A DNA stretch of 32,000 nt from Wolbachia endosymbiont of Onchocerca ochengi (GTDB taxonomy: Bacteria > Pseudomonadota > Alphaproteobacteria > Rickettsiales > Anaplasmataceae): contig NC_018267.1 in assembly GCF_000306885.1 (NCBI RefSeq), positions 660,001 to 692,000 of the forward strand, read 5' to 3'. Shown here in pieces: positions 1-9,518 of the stretch (position 1 is its first letter; the number at the start of each line of letters is the position of its first letter). A program made the translations under genes and the position numbers. The notes beneath the pieces are model-generated. The model ran no database searches. It was not told the DNA's origin and was given only the letters and a program-made list of their open reading frames with translations.

Positions 1-407
1 AACCGCTTTGGAGATCCCCAAAGAAAGAATTTCTAACATTAAAGAGCCATGGCAATCTTACACAAATTGAAGCTTTTGGAGATAAATTTCCCAGTAACGT
101 AACTACTATAGTCTCTGGACACATTCATATAGCTCAGATATTATTAATGGACAGTGTTCCAGATCAGATCATAATTGGGAACGGTGGTGCATTACTACAT
201 GCTCAAGATCAGAAGCCGGTTTACCGAAATGTAGAGTTTAGTTATCCAAATAATAAAAGTTATTTAGCATATGAAGTTAGAAACTTTTTTGGCTTCGGTT
301 TTGCAATATTAGACTTGGATGATCACGAATTTACTTTCTATAATCAAGATAATAAAAAAATGCATTCTGTAAAATTGACGGAAGACTTTAAGCTTATGGT
401 ATATTAA
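1..407 (+). CDS. Metallophosphoesterase-family protein, C-terminal part (5' end outside the window)
   Basis: Frame 3 is open from base 3. Upstream of the ORF-track Met it reads ...NVTTIVSGHIHIAQILL (GHxH metallophosphoesterase motif), followed by IIGNGGALL. Stop at 405-407. Confidence 0.6.
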   Translation, partial: PLWRSPKKEFLTLKSHGNLTQIEAFGDKFPSNVTTIVSGHIHIAQILLMDSVPDQIIIGNGGALLHAQDQKPVYRNVEFSYPNNKSYLAYEVRNFFGFGFAILDLDDHEFTFYNQDNKKMHSVKLTEDFKLMVY

Positions 408-762
408 AGCTATCATTTAGCTTAATATGGCTCTCTTTTATGTTTAATAATGAAAATATTAATTATTTTTCTTATTGCTTTAATGTATATAGTATTAAGA
501 TCTGCTAATTATGAATTAGCCAGTAAAGAAAGTGTTAGAAATGGAAGGTTTTTTTGTGGTGTAAAGGATATGAAATAAGCGTAGAAAAAATGTGACTAGG
601 AAGTTAATATGGGATTAGGTAAATATGTTCTATCTCAAGTCTACCTTTGAGGCATATAGAAGCTATCTTATAATAGGTCTTTTTTTCAGAAAAAACTTTC
701 CATTTAATAAAATTAATGTGGTCTTTATATTTTTATGTTAATTAATAGGCTTGAGGTTTTTA

Positions 763-1303
763 TTAAACAGTTTTTAATATAGTCCTTACTTTAAAGTATA
801 AACCTATTGATTTTCGAGTTAGATCTAAAACTAATCCTCTACTATTTAACATTATTTTTTGCTAGAGTGAACCCTTGAATTTCACTATTTTTATTGATTA
901 CCATATGCAGTTTGGAACTGTAAACCAGTAATGTAAGTGCTTTTGCTTAACTTTGTAATTTCAGCAAAAACTTTATTTTTTGGGACTCTTTTTCTATAGC
1001 TTATTGTGCAATTAGGTATCGAATTAATATAGGATATACGTATTTCTTACTATGCTCGCATAGCCATTGTAGCAAAATCGAATATAATCGGCTTTAGCTC
1101 AATAAACCTACATATGAAGGAATATTAGAAAGTCTGACTTATGCAATACCTTTTAAGTAATAGTTGATAAAACAATTTGAAATTTTCGTATCTAATTTCA
1201 ATATAGTAGAATTGTTATTATAATTTCGGAATACATTATTTTAGTACTCTTGTATTTCCCTTGTCATTGGATAATAGCCTACTTGTGAAACTTTCATCTA
1301 TTA
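763..1303 (-). mobile_element. Decayed IS5-family (IS4/IS5 superfamily DDE) transposase relic
   Basis: The minus-strand reading is broken by many stops but colinear with the recalled IS5/IS427-group consensus. Blocks are IDESFTSRLLSNDKG (cf. IDST..AH....KKG), CYNGYASIVRN (cf. ADKGYDS..IR), NYKVKQKHL (cf. LYK.RH.IE) and KIVKFKGSL*QK...LVLDLTRKSIGL (cf. KLK.FR.IATRYDK...L.LA..IWL). No terminal inverted repeats were identified. Confidence 0.4.
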
Positions 1304-1594
1304 TTTCGCAATTATTATCTATAAGACAACTCTATTATATTTTACTTATTGAGTAATCTTCTGCTATAGCTATGCTTGGAAGTTACCCTGTTTTTCTTCT
1401 TTTCTCTATTCCCCTTCTAGTTCATAGTTATAGCTAACTTATTTGAAATATTAAGTAAAAAAAAGATTAATAAACAGAAGAAGCAATAAAAACAGATATA
1501 ATTACCTACTTTTAAAATAATAATCGTATATCTATTCCAAATAAACGTTGTCCACAATGAAAAGGTTTCTAGTATAATAGTAAATACTTTAACT

Positions 1595-4500
1595 TTACAT
1601 TAGCATACTGCGGTAACTGTTTTCTAAATCTTTCAGATCTACTTTTAAGGTATCTTTTATATTTAGAATCTTTTCCTCTGTCACTTTGCCGATGCATGAG
1701 AAAACTATACCTCTAAATAATTCTTCAAACTTTTGTTGATTTTGCGGTGATATAGTAACTAAAATTCTACTTTGTGATTCAGAAAACATTATTATCTTGT
1801 TTATTATGTTCCTATTTTGCGTTTCTCCAATTGGTACTAGTGAAAGATCAATTTCAGCACCTAGGTCTCCTGCAATCAGCGATTTTACCAGAGCAATAAT
1901 TAGCCCTCCTAAGTTTGATGTGATCGCGGAGACAATCATATCATTTTTTATTGCAAGATTATAACGCTGATACAACTTCTTAGCGCTCTTTGCATCAACC
2001 TTTGGTACCCTATTATCGCCTATTCCACTGTATAATTGATATTCAGATCTACCAAGCTCGTCGTAGGTTGTGCCAAGCACATATATCAAGTCCCCTGGCA
2101 TTTTTACATCAAGCGATACCACGCTCTCGATATTTTCTACAACTCCAATTGCTGAGATGAGTAGTGAGGGTGGCGCAGAGATCATCACTTTCTTGCCATT
2201 TTCATCATATCCCTTGAAATCATTAAACATACTATCTTTCCCAGATATGAATGGAGTTTTAAATGCAGTTGCAAAGTTGTAACAAGCCTCTGCAGCTCTC
2301 TTTAGCTGCCATAGTCTTTTTGGATTATAAGCATCACACCAACAAAAATTGTCTAGCAACGCTAGATGATTTATATTTCCTCCTGCAGCCACACAGCCGC
2401 GTATGGCAGTGTCGATTGCACATGCTGCCATATGATAAGTATCAATTTCTCCGTAGCTAGAGCCAAACCCTTGCGATTTTACAACTCCTTTATTTGAAGA
2501 AAGGATTGGCCTTGAAACAATAACTTCGCTACACACTCTTCCCTTTCCTTGCAGTGGTTTTAACACAGATGAACCTTGAACTTCATGGTCGTATTGCACC
2601 ACTATAAACTCTTTACTACATATATTTGGTCTGCTTAGCATTTCTTTTAGTTCAACTTCTAGAAAAGTAAGGTCTGTTGTCATTCTAGTGTATGATATGT
2701 GAGGGGTATTATCCCAGTACTTAACTCTGGGATCCATTTTGTGCTTAAACTTACCATCATGTACACTTTGATACAAGGATTCAGGTTTAGTTTTTATAGA
2801 CCATGGCTTTGTTTGTAAATAAATTTTAGGGTTGCCATCATGCAGAAACTTAGTTTCCATGTCCATTATTACTATCCCTCCTGGATATTCGACAATAGCT
2901 TTGCCACTGTTGTTAAATTCTCCAATTACGCTGATTTCTACATCATGTTTTTTCATGATTTGCCTAAATGCAGGAAGGTTTTCTTTTGGTACTGCTAAAG
3001 TCATTCTCTCTTGTGATTCTGATATCCATATTTCCCATGGAGCCATATCATGGCTTTTAAGTAAAACCTTGCTTAAATCAACTTTAAATCCATCTCTTCC
3101 CATTTCACCAATGGATGATGATAGGCCACCTGCTCCATTATCTGTTATTGCATTATAAAGACCAAGACCTCTTGTTTCCATTACGGCATTTGATAATTTT
3201 TTTTGCGTAATAGGATCACCAATTTGTACAACTGTTAAAGAACTGCTCCTTGATAGTGCCTCTGAAGAAAACGTTGCACCATGAATTCCATCTCTTCCAA
3301 CTTTTCCACCGATAATTACGATTTTATCACCATTTTTAGGTTTCTTAATATGTGAAGGTACATTATTTATACTGCGCGGGATAATTCCAACACTTCCAAC
3401 AAAGACTAATGGTTTGCCACAAAACCTATCGTCGAAGTATACTGATCCAAGTTGTGTTGGAATTCCAGAGGAATTGCCAGCAACATTAACACCATGAATG
3501 ACTTCTTTCATTATATATTTTGGCCGTAAAATCTCATCGATACGTTCTTTATCCCTATAAAATCTGTCTTTTATTTCTTTAGCAAAGCAAAAATAATAGG
3601 TATTCATTATAGGTTCTGCGCCCTTGCCAAAACCTATTATATCGCGATTAACTCCAAGTACTCCAGTCATTGCTCCTCCAAACGGATCAAGAGCTGAAGG
3701 GCTATTGTGGGTTTCAACTTTATCTACAATTAAGTAATCTTCATCGAAGATTATTCCTCCTGCGTTATCAGAGAAAACTGATACGCATATTTTAGAATCT
3801 ATCTCATGTGTTGCACGCTTAATATAATATGTGTATAGACCATCTTTTATTTTGTCAATAGGAGAACAAAAGATATTGTGCTTACAATGTTCAGACCAAG
3901 TTTGTGCAAGGGACTCAAGTTCAATGTCGTATGGATTTCTGCCAAGTTTTTTGAAGTGATTTCTTATAGTTTTCATTGCCATAAGAGAAAGCCCTAAAGG
4001 GCCATTACCATCGATTCCATCTCTGCTGATCTTCTTAAGTTCTTGGTTACTTACGTTTAAATCGATAGGTTTAGCTCGATTTCTATCTGCAGTTGTTTCC
4101 TTTTCTGTTATTATATGGCTTTGTGCTGGAACGATACTATAGTGAATGTGTGATCTGCCGTAATACTTCCAATGACAATTGCCGTTTTCCTTATAAATAA
4201 GTTTACAATACTCAGTGATAGGGTTAAATTCTTGTTTTATATCGTCTTTAGTTGGTGCGCTTCCTTTACCTAAAATTAACTTAGAGCTTCTTGCATTGAT
4301 GTAAATATCTTCATAAAGATGGCCTTTACTTATTAAATATTCTCTAACAATTTGTTTTACTGTATTACCTACATTATCGTTCATGCCAGGTAGGAAGCTT
4401 ATCTCTAAACCCCACTTGGCTTGCGGTTTTATAAAATCGTATCTAACCTCTTCAAAATCTTCATTGCAGAGGTAATAACGGTAGTCTTGTATAACTCTAT

Positions 4501-4636
4501 TGTAAAATAACTCACAAATTTCTTTATACAGCTTTGGTGGTAACTCTTTACTTATGCAGATTGAGTAAATATCGACTAGCCACCTGTGGTTAACCTGCTT
4601 ACATTTATTTAGGACTTCTACTCTGATATTTACCAT
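1595..4636 (-). CDS. purL: Phosphoribosylformylglycinamidine (FGAM) synthase PurL, with a large-PurL-type N-terminal/linker region and no glutaminase domain
   Basis: 1013-aa ORF. It contains LGRNPYDIELESLAQTWSEHCKHNIF (the conserved LGRNP.D.EL....Q..SEHC.HK.F block, here at about aa 230-255). AIR-synthase-type blocks are present: HNSPSALDPFGGA, DNGAGGLSSS, ISGKDSM. The ORF ends right after the synthetase core. Confidence 0.9.
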   Translation of the reverse strand: MVNIRVEVLNKCKQVNHRWLVDIYSICISKELPPKLYKEICELFYNRVIQDYRYYLCNEDFEEVRYDFIKPQAKWGLEISFLPGMNDNVGNTVKQIVREYLISKGHLYEDIYINARSSKLILGKGSAPTKDDIKQEFNPITEYCKLIYKENGNCHWKYYGRSHIHYSIVPAQSHIITEKETTADRNRAKPIDLNVSNQELKKISRDGIDGNGPLGLSLMAMKTIRNHFKKLGRNPYDIELESLAQTWSEHCKHNIFCSPIDKIKDGLYTYYIKRATHEIDSKICVSVFSDNAGGIIFDEDYLIVDKVETHNSPSALDPFGGAMTGVLGVNRDIIGFGKGAEPIMNTYYFCFAKEIKDRFYRDKERIDEILRPKYIMKEVIHGVNVAGNSSGIPTQLGSVYFDDRFCGKPLVFVGSVGIIPRSINNVPSHIKKPKNGDKIVIIGGKVGRDGIHGATFSSEALSRSSSLTVVQIGDPITQKKLSNAVMETRGLGLYNAITDNGAGGLSSSIGEMGRDGFKVDLSKVLLKSHDMAPWEIWISESQERMTLAVPKENLPAFRQIMKKHDVEISVIGEFNNSGKAIVEYPGGIVIMDMETKFLHDGNPKIYLQTKPWSIKTKPESLYQSVHDGKFKHKMDPRVKYWDNTPHISYTRMTTDLTFLEVELKEMLSRPNICSKEFIVVQYDHEVQGSSVLKPLQGKGRVCSEVIVSRPILSSNKGVVKSQGFGSSYGEIDTYHMAACAIDTAIRGCVAAGGNINHLALLDNFCWCDAYNPKRLWQLKRAAEACYNFATAFKTPFISGKDSMFNDFKGYDENGKKVMISAPPSLLISAIGVVENIESVVSLDVKMPGDLIYVLGTTYDELGRSEYQLYSGIGDNRVPKVDAKSAKKLYQRYNLAIKNDMIVSAITSNLGGLIIALVKSLIAGDLGAEIDLSLVPIGETQNRNIINKIIMFSESQSRILVTISPQNQQKFEELFRGIVFSCIGKVTEEKILNIKDTLKVDLKDLENSYRSMLM
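2675..2737 (-). repeat. Bipartite palindromic repeat (WPE-like) inserted in frame in purL
   Basis: The plus strand has atcccag(2711-2717)-tacttaact-ctgggat(2727-2733), a perfect 7-bp inverted repeat. In minus sense it is followed by ...tcatacactagaatgacaaca. It is translated as MDPRVKYWDNTPHISYTRMTT. The layout matches the intergenic copy at 14734-14822. Confidence 0.65.
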
Positions 4637-4734
4637 ACAATATTATGAAAAGTTTTAATACATAATAACATAATAAGCTTCAAACACATTTGTATTTTAC
4701 TATACAATAAGCATCTTATTAGTCGATATCTTTT

Positions 4735-7422
4735 GTGGGGAAAATTTTTACTATTAATACATGTGAAACTTTCTTTGATGTGCTGATTCAGCATATATTT
4801 TTTGAATATGAAAGAGAAAAAATTCCTGAAATAAAGATCATACTTCCTTGTAAAAGAGATGTTATAGCGTTGCTGAGTGCATTCAAGAGCTACAGCGCTA
4901 GAAAATGCATAATTCTACCGGAGGTAGTTTCACTAGAAAACATTGATGAAGAAGATTTAATATTGAATCTTGATAAAATCAGAGTTATCAAGCCGACAAA
5001 AATGACGCTATTGTTGATTCAATTCATACTGGAGTGGAATAAAAAAAATAATGATAACTTTCCCATTGAATTGGCTTGTAGCCTACCATTATTGCTTGAT
5101 AAAATTCAAGATACCAAGACAAAGGACTATTATCAGTTTGGTAGGTACTCAAAAAAAATAGAGAGTTTCATAAATTTGCTTGGTGAAACTTGGAGTAGAA
5201 CTTTAAGAACTCTAGGAGTAATAGATATATCAAAACATAAGAGTGATTATATAGCAAATATGGTTACTTCTTTGCAAAGAGATCAACATGTAATCTTTGT
5301 CGGAATTGGAAAGGGTAAAATCTACAAGTTATTAATCAAAGCTATATATGACCTGCCATTTGGAAAAATAATCTTACCTAACCTAAACTTTAAAATTAAA
5401 GAGAAAGATTGGGAGTCACTCAGCAAAAGACATTATCAATATAGTGTAAAAGACCTGTTGGATTACTTAAATGTAGATAGAAAAGATGTGAGTTTTCTAG
5501 ATGAAACTTACATTGCTGTTGTTCCAGGACGTGAAGCTGGAATCTGTGATCAAGGAACTGTAGAATATTTAGATTATATCTTTGATACAACTGCTGATCT
5601 TAGCAAAGTTAGTAGTGGGTGCATTAAAAATATTGAAGTTATCGCTTGTGCTTCTAGAGAAGAAGAAGCACAAGTGATATCATTAATTATAGAGAATGAA
5701 GGTTATGAAAATGTTTCTTTGGTCGTTCTTGACAAATTACTTGCAACCCGTATGGCTTGTTTATCAAAACCTACATCAGAAAATAACTCTTACATAATGC
5801 TTTTGCTTTACAGCATCGAGATTTTAACCTCAAATTGGAATAGTGTGGCATTGCTTGCACTTCTCAAACATGAGCTAGTGACTTTTGGCTACTCTAAGGA
5901 AGAATATGCTCAGATTTTATCTGAATTTGAAATAGAGGTATTACGTAGTTTTAATACCAACAGTCTAAGTGATATTATAAATGTTATCAATACCCATGAA
6001 AAGCTAAAATATAAAAAGGATATATTACTTATTATCAATAATTTAAAGATTATATACGAAATATTAACTAATGTTATAAATTACTCAATTTATGATATAG
6101 TAACAGCTCATTTACAGTGTATTCATATGCTTTCTAATGTAAATCTTTTAAAGATGGATAATGAAATAGGTGATTTTATTTGTGATTTTTTGAATGCATG
6201 TGAGGGTGTGAAAGTTAAATGTTCTTTGGAAATATACAAGCAAATTCTAACTTTCTTCCTGAAGAAGGAGTTTTTTTCTGTAGCAAGTGACTTAAATAGA
6301 TTCAGTTTATATTACAATAGAGTTGTAATACTTGCTGGATTTTATGATATGCCGAGTTTTCAAAATCCATTTTTGAATACACTGATAAGAGAAAAATTTG
6401 GTCTTCCTTCTGTACAAGAGGAACAGGGGTATTTTTTATATACCCTGCGTAATTTATTTGGTGCAAGCAAAGTTTATATTATAAGCTTGCTGAGCGGCAG
6501 GAAGCCAACTATATTAAGTCGTTTGGAAGTTCTGTCACAAAAACCAAAATATCCTTATCGTGATTGGCTAAGAATATTAAATACACCTGAATGCATTGTT
6601 CCATGTACCCAGCCTACACCCAAGCCTCAAGCTAAAGTTAGAGAAGAAAAAATGCAAGTGATGTCTTCTAGTGCAGTAGAAAAACTGATTCGTAACCCTT
6701 ACTCATTTTATGTTGAATATATACTGAATCTTAGACAGCTAAGAGAGTTAAATTTTAAGCCATCAATACTAGAATTTGGTACTATGGTGCATAATATTCT
6801 TGAGAGGTATTTATGTGATAAGAAGCCACTTATGAGCATTGCAGGCGAGATATTCTCAACTAGTCAGTTTAATTTCTCAAGTATGTGGTGGGTAAAGCTG
6901 CAGAGAGTAATTCAATCTTTCGTTAAATTTGATAAGGCTAGAAACAATCATATTGAGTTAGAAAAAAGCTTCTCTTATCCAATACCTCATATTCCAGCAC
7001 ATACCGGTAGTCATGTTACTTGGATGACAAAAGGGATTTCACTGATAGCAAGATGTGATCGAGTTGAATACCTACCAAATGGACAAGTGGCGATTATAGA
7101 CTATAAACTTGGTTCACCACCTTCCAACAAGGAAGTTATGTCAGGGTTTTTTCCACAATTAATTTTACAAGCCTTAGCGGTCGAATACACAACCAAAAAA
7201 GAAATTTCAGAACTTGCTTATTGGAAGCTTGATTATGATAAAATAAAAATTATTCGTTTGAAAGATTATAGACTAAAAATGCAGGAATTTCAAGATAATT
7301 TACCAGGTTTTCTGTCTAGTTATTTAAGGGAGAGCACTCCTTTTATTGCTTCTCCATATTTCGATAAGTTTCTAAGATTTAATAATTATAAACAGTTAGA
7401 AAGAGTAGAAGAATGGTTTTAA
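4735..7422 (+). CDS. addB: AddB-like double-strand-break repair nuclease (PD-(D/E)XK / RecB-type nuclease domain at the C-terminus)
   Basis: 895-aa ORF with a GTG start. The C-terminal part reads LIARCDRVEY...GQVAIIDYKLGSPPS...QLILQALA, matching the (D)...(D/E)YK nuclease motif of AddB/RecB-family proteins. I saw no clear Walker A. No addA lies adjacent in this window. Confidence 0.65.
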   Translation: MGKIFTINTCETFFDVLIQHIFFEYEREKIPEIKIILPCKRDVIALLSAFKSYSARKCIILPEVVSLENIDEEDLILNLDKIRVIKPTKMTLLLIQFILEWNKKNNDNFPIELACSLPLLLDKIQDTKTKDYYQFGRYSKKIESFINLLGETWSRTLRTLGVIDISKHKSDYIANMVTSLQRDQHVIFVGIGKGKIYKLLIKAIYDLPFGKIILPNLNFKIKEKDWESLSKRHYQYSVKDLLDYLNVDRKDVSFLDETYIAVVPGREAGICDQGTVEYLDYIFDTTADLSKVSSGCIKNIEVIACASREEEAQVISLIIENEGYENVSLVVLDKLLATRMACLSKPTSENNSYIMLLLYSIEILTSNWNSVALLALLKHELVTFGYSKEEYAQILSEFEIEVLRSFNTNSLSDIINVINTHEKLKYKKDILLIINNLKIIYEILTNVINYSIYDIVTAHLQCIHMLSNVNLLKMDNEIGDFICDFLNACEGVKVKCSLEIYKQILTFFLKKEFFSVASDLNRFSLYYNRVVILAGFYDMPSFQNPFLNTLIREKFGLPSVQEEQGYFLYTLRNLFGASKVYIISLLSGRKPTILSRLEVLSQKPKYPYRDWLRILNTPECIVPCTQPTPKPQAKVREEKMQVMSSSAVEKLIRNPYSFYVEYILNLRQLRELNFKPSILEFGTMVHNILERYLCDKKPLMSIAGEIFSTSQFNFSSMWWVKLQRVIQSFVKFDKARNNHIELEKSFSYPIPHIPAHTGSHVTWMTKGISLIARCDRVEYLPNGQVAIIDYKLGSPPSNKEVMSGFFPQLILQALAVEYTTKKEISELAYWKLDYDKIKIIRLKDYRLKMQEFQDNLPGFLSSYLRESTPFIASPYFDKFLRFNNYKQLERVEEWF
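5516..5546 (+). repeat. Palindromic repeat fragment (hairpin half) in frame inside addB
   Basis: ctgttgttccag (5516-5527) is identical over 12 nt to 14734-14745. As in that copy, it opens an inverted repeat: ttccag 5522-5527 / ctggaa 5537-5542, with a 9-nt loop. Translated as AVVPGREAGI. Confidence 0.55.
6991..7044 (+). repeat. Palindromic repeat fragment (second half) in frame inside addB
   Basis: ttccagcac...tacttggatgacaaaa matches tcccagcac...tacttgaacaacaaaa at 14785-14813 (8/9 and 13/16 nt). Translated as HIPAHTGSHVTWMTKGIS, immediately before the nuclease motif LIARCDRV. Confidence 0.55.
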
Positions 7423-7779
7423 AATTAGTAAATAGTATTATAAAAGTAACTAATGCTAGAGTGGGCTTATTATACTGCAGCGTTAACATATGGCAGTGTG
7501 TTGGTAGGTTTTTATGTTATTTTCACTTTGAAATTTTTGAAAATGATATAAAAGCAAAACAATATTTTTGATTACATTAAATTAAAAACTGGGTTTCAGA
7601 ATGTCTGCTAATTTTGTAATGCCGTTATAAAATGAAATGAGATACAAGTTGACTAAGTAAGAATTTTACCTTTAGGGTCACATTTTTACTTTAGTCCCTT
7701 GAGCGAGTTGCTAAAGTAATATTTTGTGTTAAATTATCCTGGCTAAGTGAAAGTTATAGTCTCGAAAATATATAAAGAG

Positions 7780-9110
7780 GCATTTAAAGGACATGGTTAT
7801 CAGAGAGTATAGATGTAGAAGAGATTAAGAAGGCACATTACAAATTTATACTGGAGTAGTATCATGATAGAATAGTTTTAGCTACAAGGTGAAAAAGAGA
7901 GTGTAAAGTAACGGAAAAGACTAAGGAAATAGAGGAAACAACAGTAGTATATTGAGTATTGAGTACTAACAGATAAGATTAAGGAAAAATTTATTAGTCA
8001 ACGGCTTAATGATAATTAAGTTAATAATTTAACTCAGTTTTATAAAAACTTTAATAGAAAACTCTATGAAAAGCGCTATGGTTCACATTTAAGTGAAGGA
8101 AAGGTTGACTGTTTAAGGCTCTTGAAAAATAGAGATCTAGCCGAAATAAAAGCTTTGTTAGAAAAAGTTCAAGATATCAATAAATAAACTAAAATTTATA
8201 ATATATATACTGGCACTTAATATTGGATTTCTTGTGAAGAATTTTTCTAATAACCTGAACTTGGTTAGGTAAAGTTTCTTAAAGGAGTTTTATTTAAGTA
8301 TAGTATTAATATAATTCAACACCGGTTCATGATTGTTAGTATCAGACCATGATTGTAACTTACATACATAAATGTAATATTATGGGTAACAGTAGGACTA
8401 TCTTGCGTGTCGTATGTCATGAACTAGGCATAATCTTAATGTAAAAAAATATAGAGTAAATCATAATACATTTGATAACTAAAATTTACATTACTGTATT
8501 ACCCTCTAAGGGAAAACAATGTTGTTAAGTTACTATTGAGTATGGAATTAAAACCGATGTAAAAATTCTGCTAAAGAAAAGCTAATTATTGATGGTATTG
8601 TAAAATACAAGTTAAGTACAATGAAAATCTCTTACTGCATGTACCTAGTAGGCAAAAAAACAGATTGTCACAGTCTATTACTTTTAGTAATTATATAGAA
8701 ATTGATCACAATATTGAAATTACAGAATTCCTATTGAAGGAAGGTGCTAGCCATGAATTTTATAGTTAAGTAGAAAAAAAAAGAATTATATATTGGTATA
8801 TTATATTTGACTGAGTAAAAAGGGAAAATGAGCTTATAAAATATTTCCTTGAATACAAAGAAAATGTAAATAACGATAATTTACATCGTGTCTAGCTACT
8901 CATAATAGATGGTACAAAACATGACCCTCCACAGAAAGCAATTTTCAAGAATTTCCTTAAGAGAATTGGCAGTCACATAGGGTTAACCTATTGTTCGGTA
9001 TTATAGCGATACACTAGTTGTAATAGAAATTATACTGAAATTGTTGCTATTGAAACAATTACACTTATTGTGTTATTAGAAGTTGCTAGTGTTAAGGTAA
9101 ATAGTATATA
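7780..9110 (+). pseudogene. Ankyrin-repeat protein gene, heavily decayed (multiple frameshifts and stops)
   Basis: Ankyrin consensus pieces occur in three frames. NVVKLLL (8518-8538) is followed one frame over by EYGIKTDVKILL (8538-). GSHLSEGKVDCLRLL...IKALLEKVQDINK* lies at 8068-8187. IDHNIEITEFLLKEGA lies at 8701-8748. ENELIKYFLEYKENVNNDNLH lies at 8823-8885. TPVHDC starts near 8311, and LLEVASVKVN lies near 9075-9105. Confidence 0.7.
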
Positions 9111-9518
9111 TAGTATAAGATATCTTGCTAATGTAGTGGTAAATCAATGTCGTAGTAATTAGTAATGTATATTTTAGTGTAGCCCTACTCTAGGGTATAT
9201 CAATCATGAAAGCAAATTAAACACTTTGTAAGTTTGCTCAAAGCTCTGGCTGTAGGTGTTTCTCTTAATTTTACCATTTTAAGGTTTTATATAAAATCAG
9301 GTCTCTTATATAACCTATTTTTGTGTTAAAATTTGTTTATGCCCCTTCTAAGTACTTTACGGTTCTGTTTCTCTTACAAATTCTTTATCATAATCTAACA
9401 AGATTTAGTGTTTTCCAGAGTACGTTAAAATTGCTGTAAAAAACTTAGTATTGAAAAGAATAAAATGCTTGTGCTTTACCTACGCTAAAGTAAAATTAGA
9501 CTTTACTCAATAATTTTT

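Noticed and set aside
450-578. 42-codon ORF MKILIIFLIALMYIVLRSANYELASKESVRNGRFFCGVKDMK with a signal- or TM-like start.
   Set aside because: It is short and sits in a relic-rich gap. Hydrophobic AT-rich ORFs arise easily by chance, and I see no RBS or conservation evidence.
2070-3158. Three plus-strand ORFs (2070-2282, 2263-2460, 2832-3158) inside purL.
   Set aside because: They lie entirely antisense to a strongly supported 1013-aa purL ORF and have low-complexity, motif-free products. They are shadow ORFs.
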